Source of the DNA: Promethearchaeota archaeon
GTDB lineage: Archaea > Asgardarchaeota > Lokiarchaeia > Sigyniarchaeales > SOKP01
Direction: 5' to 3'
NCBI GenBank assembly: GCA_011364975.1
Contig: RDOE01000041.1
Location: 1-31,247 of the forward strand
DNA length: 31,247 nucleotides
How positions within the stretch are numbered: the stretch's first letter is position 1; every line of letters begins with the position of its first letter. The translations under genes were made by a program, and so were the position numbers. Below, piece by piece: positions 24,527-31,247 of the stretch. A model generated the notes under the pieces. That model searched no databases, was not told where the DNA came from, and was given only the letters and a program-made list of their open reading frames with translations.

Positions 24527-26632
24527 ATGAAGAAATCTAACAAAATTTTAACAATTTTAGTACTCCTAATCGGATCTGTTTCGTTTGGATTTTTGAATCA
24601 ACCTAATTTATTTACTTTGACTGATAGTATCATAGATTACGATCCTATCGACATTGGCCCAATTTTGAGGAGCTCAGAATTACCAATTAGAGGGGCACTC
24701 TCTCAAAGTGATACAGCTCAATTGAAATCCGCAGATAGCAATGAATATTATCAAATCAATGATACACTAGAATGGTTACTTCTTGATGATTATACTGGAG
24801 TTACAAATCTAACTTCTTTTAAATTAAAAGCATTTAACGACGGTGCAGAAATCTGGTTACAGGAAGATTTAAGTTACCTTGACAATCGAGAGACTCCTGT
24901 GGTCACTCAAGAGCAAATAAATTATTTTCTTGAAGAATTTAAAACCAATATTAATAAAACATGCGTTGATTATTTTGGAATGCCAAATTTTCACAATGGT
25001 AGCAATGCAGCATTACTAGGCGCAACTCCAGATACATATTTTGAGAAGAATGGAAGAATGGTTATCTTATTAGCAAACATACGTGATGAGATGTATTATG
25101 ACGATAAGTATCCTTATTATATTGTAGGGTATTACTGGGGCTTTATTGAAAGAATGCACGATAGAAATATTGTCACGATTGATGTCCATGATTGGGAAAA
25201 TAGAGTTGGAGATGATGCCGCAAGAGCAAATCTTTATGAAGCTACTTTAGCCCATGAGTATCAACACTTAATTCATGATGATTACAATCCTTATGATGAT
25301 CTTTTCATGAATGAAGGATGCTCTATGTATGCAGAACCCTTATGTGGATATCCTATTGACTGGGGCTCAATAAATAGTTTCCTATTTACTCCGGATAATT
25401 CACTTACTGAATGGGGTGATCAAGGAGATATAAATATTTTAGCAGATTATGGTCAAGCACTTCTCTGGACAATGTATCTAAGCGATCATTATGGCGGGGC
25501 GGACTTAATTAGTTATTTTGTAAAAACTGGAATTCCTGGCATTACAGGTATCGAGAATGCTTTAAAGCATTATGAACATTATTTTACTTTTGATGAAATC
25601 TTTCATGATTGGAGAATTGCAAATCTTATTCACACAAATCAAATAGGAGAGGGAAAATATAATTATACATCAATAGATTTAGGTTCAGAAGATGCAATCC
25701 AAACTAGAATCTATGATTTAAAAAATGCTAATATCCAACCAAAACAGGGATCAGATTTTGGATTTACCAAGACAATATTAAACTATAACACACACCTATC
25801 ATTGTTGGGATCATATGGTACTGATTATATATTGTTCAGTAATTTAACTACTGATTGCTGGGGTGGCTCTAACCAATTTGCTCTTAATTTCGCATTCGAT
25901 GGAGACAATAAGGCAACTATGCCTAAATGGGAAAGAACAGATCAAGATGGAGATGGTGATTTAGAGTGGTATTCAACGAGTGCTAAACCAGAATCAGATG
26001 TTTTATTATACAAATCTATCACCTTACCTTCTGAAGGTATGGTGACCTTATCATTTGATACTTTTTACCAAATTGAACCTTTATGGGATTATGGATTTGT
26101 TCAGATTTCCACAGATGGTGGAATGACATGGATTTCTCTTGCTAATGAATATACTACTGTAGAGCATGATCCTGATGCTTATCCCGCAATTGTAGATTAT
26201 CTACCTGGTTTAACTGATACGAGTGGAACTTGGATCAATATGGAATTTAATCTAACAGATTACATTGGTGAATCCTCAATAAGGCTTGGCTTTAGATATA
26301 TGACAGATTGGGGTACCGAAGATTTAGGATGGTTTATAGATAATATTAAGATTAATGGCGAGATGATTGATGATGCTGACGATTTAGTAACTTTCGAAAT
26401 TCCTGAAGATCCTGAAATTGACTTTATAGTTACACTAATTGATGTTGTAGATACAGAAGGTTATGTGGACTATAATGTAATTGGAACCATGAATCTAGAC
26501 GATATAGAAGAAACTGGTTTAATGGAAATTACTAACTATATCTCAGCAAATGAAAATATACTCGTAATAGTTAGTCCATCGAAAGGGCCTGCTGATTATA
26601 TTTTTGAGGTTGCCCGAACATTAGTAAAATAA
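24527..26632 (+). CDS. Secreted zinc metallopeptidase (M30 / immune inhibitor A-like) with C-terminal beta-sandwich
   Basis: From ATG 24527 there is a signal peptide MKKSNKILTILVLLIGSVSFG; AHEYQHLIH...NEG; then InhA-like YQIEPLWDYGFVQISTDGG...FRYMTD...GWFIDNI. Confidence 0.82.
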   Translation: MKKSNKILTILVLLIGSVSFGFLNQPNLFTLTDSIIDYDPIDIGPILRSSELPIRGALSQSDTAQLKSADSNEYYQINDTLEWLLLDDYTGVTNLTSFKLKAFNDGAEIWLQEDLSYLDNRETPVVTQEQINYFLEEFKTNINKTCVDYFGMPNFHNGSNAALLGATPDTYFEKNGRMVILLANIRDEMYYDDKYPYYIVGYYWGFIERMHDRNIVTIDVHDWENRVGDDAARANLYEATLAHEYQHLIHDDYNPYDDLFMNEGCSMYAEPLCGYPIDWGSINSFLFTPDNSLTEWGDQGDINILADYGQALLWTMYLSDHYGGADLISYFVKTGIPGITGIENALKHYEHYFTFDEIFHDWRIANLIHTNQIGEGKYNYTSIDLGSEDAIQTRIYDLKNANIQPKQGSDFGFTKTILNYNTHLSLLGSYGTDYILFSNLTTDCWGGSNQFALNFAFDGDNKATMPKWERTDQDGDGDLEWYSTSAKPESDVLLYKSITLPSEGMVTLSFDTFYQIEPLWDYGFVQISTDGGMTWISLANEYTTVEHDPDAYPAIVDYLPGLTDTSGTWINMEFNLTDYIGESSIRLGFRYMTDWGTEDLGWFIDNIKINGEMIDDADDLVTFEIPEDPEIDFIVTLIDVVDTEGYVDYNVIGTMNLDDIEETGLMEITNYISANENILVIVSPSKGPADYIFEVARTLVK

Positions 26633-26744
26633 ATTTCCAATAATTTTATCTAATTTTTTTTCTTTTACTTATTATTAGCTTTATCATAATCTTCTTAATT
26701 CTTGAAAAATGTTATAACCTTATTAGTTTAAGGGGTATCTAAAT

Positions 26745-27380
26745 ATGAAAGGAGATCAAAATCAAGGAGGATTTTTTCTCTCAAAAAAGGCTCATATTTC
26801 ACCAATAATTGCATTACAAGTGATTATTTTAATAATATCGATTGTAATCCCTCTACTTTTAGTAAATTTAAATCAATCAAGCAGTTGTCTTCACCATATA
26901 GAAGAGGAGGGTGGCACTTTATGGATCGTTGGCCGAGCTTTTGGTTTTACAACACTTACTTGGTTTATAATATCTTCCTTATATGGAATTAACACAAAAA
27001 AGCTTGCTCGTTATTTTAAATCCTACACTAAAGCACGAGATATACACTGTTTGAACGCAGGTATCACAATTGGAGTGTTTTTTATTCACTTTATAAGCCT
27101 ATTATCTTCAGAGCCATGGGGCAACTTAATTTTTGATGGGGAATATAATCATATCCCTTATTCTTTATTTATGACAAAATTATGGACAGGTGTTTTTTTT
27201 GGAATCATTATGTTTATGGTTTTTATAAGTGCATTTTATTTTAGAGATATGAACCGAATGAAAAAGTTTGGCTTTAAAAACTTTATAAAAATTCACTATA
27301 TTATGTTATCCTTATCAATAATCCTTGGAATTCATATTTTTTTAATTAATACCGAATTATTAGTAATGTTTTGGGGATGA
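26745..27380 (+). CDS. Ferric reductase-like transmembrane (cytochrome b-type) protein
   Basis: TM segments carrying paired His spaced about 13 residues apart (IHCLNAGITIGVFFIHF; IHYIMLSLSIILGIHI); no FAD/NAD domain. Confidence 0.65.
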   Translation: MKGDQNQGGFFLSKKAHISPIIALQVIILIISIVIPLLLVNLNQSSSCLHHIEEEGGTLWIVGRAFGFTTLTWFIISSLYGINTKKLARYFKSYTKARDIHCLNAGITIGVFFIHFISLLSSEPWGNLIFDGEYNHIPYSLFMTKLWTGVFFGIIMFMVFISAFYFRDMNRMKKFGFKNFIKIHYIMLSLSIILGIHIFLINTELLVMFWG

Positions 27381-27383
27381 TTT

Positions 27384-27668
27384 ATGAAAAAAGTATTATT
27401 AATAATTTTATTGGGCTTCATTTTGACATCCATACTTACAATCACTTATACGATACAAATAAGCAGCACTTTTTCTAATTTTTCGGATGATAATGGAGGA
27501 AATGGAGATAATGATCATGATTCTTTTGACAATCAAGTAAATCTGAGGGAATCTTTAAATCCATCCAAAAGCACAATTCATGGAAATAATCTATTGCTTC
27601 TTATTGAAATTCTAGTACCATTTGCTTCCTTTATAGAAAAGAAAAATAAGATAAATATGAGAAAGTGA
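27384..27668 (+). CDS. Hypothetical small membrane/secreted protein with a D/N/G-rich linker
   Basis: Signal-like N-terminus MKKVLLIILLGFIL, DDNGGNGDNDHD, a second hydrophobic stretch and a basic tail; starts 3 nt after the upstream stop. Confidence 0.55.
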   Translation: MKKVLLIILLGFILTSILTITYTIQISSTFSNFSDDNGGNGDNDHDSFDNQVNLRESLNPSKSTIHGNNLLLLIEILVPFASFIEKKNKINMRK

Positions 27669-27675
27669 AGTCAAT

Positions 27676-28605
27676 TTACTCTCGCAAAAAAACACCCAAG
27701 TTCCTTGGAAACACTTCAAAATACTTTGCTAAATCATATATATGTAACTTCTCTTTCAATTCCATAGGAAGATTATCTAAATTCTTTTCTCGAAGGAGCA
27801 GGGTAACTTCTTCTTCGTTAAACATCGGACCTGATTCAATCCAGTCTTTTACTTTCTTATTTGCGGGACATACTTTTTGACAATAAAGGCATCCCACAAG
27901 ACAATTATGCGATGATATGTGAATCCAATCGGGAAAAGGAATGTTGTTTGGCTGTTCATTGTGGTATGTGAGGCATTTTTCTACTCGTAAAAGAAAACGA
28001 TCAGTAGGGATTGCACCCGTAGGGCATTTATTAACACATGCATTACAGGTCTTACACATCTCCATCATTTCAAGTTCAAACCAATTATCTTCAATAGCAG
28101 GAAAATCAGAATAAAAAGCCATTAAACGATGAAAGCTTCCCATCCCTGGAACATATGTAATATTGTTTCTTCCATATTTTGCTAATCCGCTACGCACGGC
28201 TAGTGTTTTTTGAGGAATAATCGCGTAATTTACATTATAACCTTCGGGAGATAGCAAACCTTCTAAGAATTCTTTAGTATTATCCATGATTTCTCGACCA
28301 AATAGATATGTTGGGGGAACTAATAGAGAAATTTGTTTGCCCTTCCAATCTAATTTAACTTCAAACTGAGGTGCTGGTTTTGCAAGTATAATAATAGAGT
28401 TAATGTTTTTAAATTCCGCCTTTGGTTCAAATTCAAAATATGCTTTATACATTTCATATAAAGGAGCATATATCAGTTTTTTTTCACGATACTTTTTTAT
28501 ATCTTTTCTTAAATCAGGGATGTGACTCGCAGAGATTATTGAAACTTTATAGCCATTACTATCAAGAGATTTATACAATCTTTTTTGAGTATTTTCTTCA
28601 TCCAT
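27676..28605 (-). CDS. Epoxyqueuosine reductase (QueG)-like double 4Fe-4S protein
   Basis: KTLAVRSGLAKYGRNN...GMGSF, CKTCNACVNKCPTGAI, CLTYHNE and GCLYCQKVCPAN. Confidence 0.82.
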   Translation of the reverse strand: MDEENTQKRLYKSLDSNGYKVSIISASHIPDLRKDIKKYREKKLIYAPLYEMYKAYFEFEPKAEFKNINSIIILAKPAPQFEVKLDWKGKQISLLVPPTYLFGREIMDNTKEFLEGLLSPEGYNVNYAIIPQKTLAVRSGLAKYGRNNITYVPGMGSFHRLMAFYSDFPAIEDNWFELEMMEMCKTCNACVNKCPTGAIPTDRFLLRVEKCLTYHNEQPNNIPFPDWIHISSHNCLVGCLYCQKVCPANKKVKDWIESGPMFNEEEVTLLLREKNLDNLPMELKEKLHIYDLAKYFEVFPRNLGVFLRE

Positions 28606-28726
28606 TTTTATTTTACCTTATGTGATCTATTAATACATGTCAATTTATTAGTACAAAGATTAGATAAGGAAAGTTTTATTGTTGTTTTACGAATATTTTT
28701 TAATTGTCTTAATAAAAGTAATATCA

Positions 28727-29701
28727 TCATTTTTTTCTTAATGTCTCAAAAGTTCCATACCCCTCTTTAATTCCATCCAATTCAAAATCTCCAAATGATT
28801 GGATTAATATTGATTGATTTCCCTTATCATCAGTAAAAGGAACCGGAATAATTGGTCCAACTTCTGCCTTCAGAGAATGCAAGATCCCATCATTATCAAC
28901 AATTTCCAAAATTGAACTAATTGGATATATTCCATCAGCCTCAAATTGGTGATCAATTATTTTAATTGTCTTTAGAGGGATGTTCTTACCATTTTTAAAT
29001 AGAAATCCGCCAGTAGAAAGTCTTCCATCATCAGTAATTATTGCTGCAGGATTTATCGCTAAGTTTTTATTAAACCAAATCACATAATAAAACCAATTTC
29101 CTACTCCGGTCCAGTCTCTAACACCATATGTATGATCTCTCTGACCCAAACAATCTTTAATGGAGAATTTCTCATTATCGAGCCAAAGATTACCATTAAC
29201 TTCTCCTATTTGTTCCCAATGCTTGTCCCCAGACTTTTTTCCAATCTCTAAAGATTCAGGAGTCATATACTTGCTATATTCATAAGGCTCGTTTAATGGA
29301 TTAAATTTTAAATTTATTTCAACAGGTCGCACGTATTGTATTAACTTCGGATTAACCTTCACATCAGGTAAATTTCGTGAATTTTTAACAAAGATCATAT
29401 TGCCTTTAAAAGTATAATCCCAAGTTTTATCAAAATGCCATCCATGGCTCATTCCTTTCACTTTTAATCGATTAGTAAATTCTTTAAGCTTTATGGTTTG
29501 AAAATAACCTGCAGCAGAGCCATCAGGTAAAAATAAGAAAAAGAATGTCATTGCTTCATTTTTATTGGGTTTAAATCCAATTCTTGACATGCCTCCCAAT
29601 TTCTGGGTGTTATCATAAAATACAAAATAGTAACTTTCATTCCATTCTGGATGATTTGTGATGAGGTTATTATGTATTATTGGTTCTATTTTTATCGCCA
29701 G
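28727..29701 (-). CDS. Uncharacterised AttH/tocopherol-cyclase-like beta protein (324 aa if started at CTG 29701)
   Basis: HWEQIG.V.G.L...GQRDHTYGVRDW motif. The frame is open 34 codons upstream of the tracked start and contains PEWNESYYFVFYD, which I recognise as the N-terminal motif of this kind of protein. Confidence 0.65.
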   Translation of the reverse strand: MAIKIEPIIHNNLITNHPEWNESYYFVFYDNTQKLGGMSRIGFKPNKNEAMTFFFLFLPDGSAAGYFQTIKLKEFTNRLKVKGMSHGWHFDKTWDYTFKGNMIFVKNSRNLPDVKVNPKLIQYVRPVEINLKFNPLNEPYEYSKYMTPESLEIGKKSGDKHWEQIGEVNGNLWLDNEKFSIKDCLGQRDHTYGVRDWTGVGNWFYYVIWFNKNLAINPAAIITDDGRLSTGGFLFKNGKNIPLKTIKIIDHQFEADGIYPISSILEIVDNDGILHSLKAEVGPIIPVPFTDDKGNQSILIQSFGDFELDGIKEGYGTFETLRKK

Positions 29702-29707
29702 GTATTA

Positions 29708-31247
29708 TTATTTATGAATTTTTATTTCTCCATTAAATCCATTAAGGCTAACGAGTTGCCCGATCTTAAGAAGTTTACTTGCATTTTGAAGGTTTGTTAC
29801 CGCAGGGATACCATATTCTCTTGCAATCACGGCTCCATGAGAAAGTACTCCGCCCGTTTCCGTGATTAATCCCCCAATTTTGGAAAAGACTGGTGTCCAG
29901 CCTGGATCAGTACGTGGAACCACAATGATTTCACCACTTTTGATGTCAGGAATTTCACTGATATCTCTTAAAATCCGTATTGTAGCGGTAACTATCCCTT
30001 GACTAGCAGGAGTCCCATAGAAGATGGTACTGTTTGACTTATATTGCGATAAATCATCAAACTCCCGGTTATTTAAGATGAATTTGGGAGGGATTGTATC
30101 TTCATTAATCTTAAATTCTTTGTATCTATCATTAACTTCACGAAAAAGAATTTCTTTCTCATCTTTATCAAGTAAATCTTTAATAATTTTTCTTATTTCA
30201 TCCTTTTGAAAGAAAAAGATTTCTTCTGGCGCATCTATTAGGCCTTGTGAGGTGAAAATTCTTCCAATCTCTAAGAAAAGCTTCCGATGGCGAGTGATCC
30301 ATCTATCAAGATTAAATCTTTGATTTTCTCGAAAACTAATATACTTACGGCTATTTTTTAAAATACCGGAAAATAATTTCCATTTTATCATTCCTAATTT
30401 TTGATGTTTTATCTTAGATTTTACTAAATGTTCGACAATTATTCTTCGATCTTTAGAGTATGATTTTTTTTCATCTTTTGTGGAATCTGTATCCTTAACT
30501 AAGGATTTTATAACATCAAAAATTAATGAGGGTGATTCATTCCAACGAGGATAATACGGTTCCCGTGTAAAACCTCTTTCTCCATAATTATTTAAGAACT
30601 CATTAAAATTAAGTTTGAATTTTTGAATATTTGTAGAAGGATTTCTTGTTAAAATATTTAAAACCTGGTTTGACTCATTTTGTAATATGATTTTCCTTAA
30701 TTCATCAGAGGATTGGACCAGTTTGACTAAATCATGTATTCTTTCATTAGTTTCCGTTAATTTATGTTCTAAACCAGATATTAATATGGGATATATACTC
30801 ATCCCTTCGTCCTTACCTAAAAATCGGTTAAGAAGATACTGAGTCATTAAGTTCATGCCAAGATTATGAACAGGTATACCGTACCTTACCAATCGAAAAT
30901 GAGTTATCATTATTTTATCTAATTCCATTGCCAAAGATAGCAACGTTTTGGGATCGTTTTCGTTTGTAAGCGCTCGTAATTTTAAATCAAATTGGACACA
31001 ATAAGGATTAAAAACATCTTTAGTCCATTGCTCATATTTTTTAGCAGTTTTCGACATAGCACCATCAGGATCATGGAACATTATCCTTAATTCTGCTATG
31101 ATACGTTTAGTTAACCTGAATGGAAGATTTCTCATTGTTTCTTTGCCATGAGAGCCTGCTCCTTGTGGAAAATAATGGAGTAAATCTTTATTTCTTAAAA
31201 ATTTTGGAATTTCGAACTCAACCTTATTCTTCAAGACATTTAGATTG
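29708..31247 (-). CDS. PEP-utilising enzyme with C-terminal phospho-His swivel domain (rifampin phosphotransferase / PEP synthase-like), 5'-partial
   Basis: GTPASQG, TDPGWTPVF, ITETGGVLSHGAVIAREYGIPAV, FL..YGERG and PRWNE.P; the frame is open to the window edge. Confidence 0.9.
   Translation of the reverse strand, partial: NLNVLKNKVEFEIPKFLRNKDLLHYFPQGAGSHGKETMRNLPFRLTKRIIAELRIMFHDPDGAMSKTAKKYEQWTKDVFNPYCVQFDLKLRALTNENDPKTLLSLAMELDKIMITHFRLVRYGIPVHNLGMNLMTQYLLNRFLGKDEGMSIYPILISGLEHKLTETNERIHDLVKLVQSSDELRKIILQNESNQVLNILTRNPSTNIQKFKLNFNEFLNNYGERGFTREPYYPRWNESPSLIFDVIKSLVKDTDSTKDEKKSYSKDRRIIVEHLVKSKIKHQKLGMIKWKLFSGILKNSRKYISFRENQRFNLDRWITRHRKLFLEIGRIFTSQGLIDAPEEIFFFQKDEIRKIIKDLLDKDEKEILFREVNDRYKEFKINEDTIPPKFILNNREFDDLSQYKSNSTIFYGTPASQGIVTATIRILRDISEIPDIKSGEIIVVPRTDPGWTPVFSKIGGLITETGGVLSHGAVIAREYGIPAVTNLQNASKLLKIGQLVSLNGFNGEIKIHK

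Noticed and set aside
27378-27386. TGA-TTT-ATG in-frame junction between the ferric-reductase-like gene and the next ORF, as possible selenocysteine readthrough
   Set aside because: No redox Cys context and no SECIS seen. The downstream ORF has its own purine-rich RBS and a signal-like MKK start.
1032-30209. Short ORF-track entries inside or antisense to larger genes (e.g. 1032-1241, 1463-1678, 2447-2782, 3883-4320, 4930-5124, 7597-7815, 7900-8118, 9695-9880, 10701-10931, 13157-13396, 15059-15379, 15506-15730, 16156-16356, 18328-18618, 20031-20225, 24053-24241, 27665-27880, 28422-28625, 28585-28770, 29651-29869, 30024-30209)
   Set aside because: Shadow frames overlapping well-supported genes, with no recognisable motifs.

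Overview
A very AT-rich, gene-dense stretch of archaeal-type chromosome. It most resembles Asgard archaea (Lokiarchaeia); this is inferred from composition, GGTGA/GGAGG ribosome-binding sites, oligo-T terminators and protein architectures, not from a marker gene. From left to right it holds: (i) a redox/catabolic block (Old Yellow Enzyme-like flavin oxidoreductase, tungsten-family aldehyde:ferredoxin oxidoreductase, SDR, acetoacetate decarboxylase-like protein, FAD-linked oxidase, GNAT); (ii) a compact sulfur-relay/metal cluster (DsrE/F/H-like trio, CDF exporter, FTR1 iron permease, an orphan NitT/TauT-fold protein with no visible export signal, MoaD/SAMP-like ubiquitin-fold protein, TusA, ThiF/MoeB); (iii) mixed genes (MFS, cold-shock protein, a tandem-PH-like/winged-helix/zinc-ribbon protein, two MscS-like channels, histidine phosphatase, SET-domain protein, oligoendopeptidase F, secreted zinc peptidase, QueG-like Fe-S protein, PEP-utilising enzyme). 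Signals not explained by the ORF track: a 67-bp, 63/67-identical inverted copy of an internal AOR segment fused to a frameshifted SDR start (3336-3402 vs 4707-4773); several genes that appear to start at ATA/CTG; a 13-mer recurring in intergenic DNA; a DtxR/Sir-box-like palindrome before FTR1; predicted structure in both UTRs of the csp gene; a 40-bp tandem repeat; and uncalled small ORFs. No tRNA, rRNA, CRISPR array, integrase or transposase was recognised.
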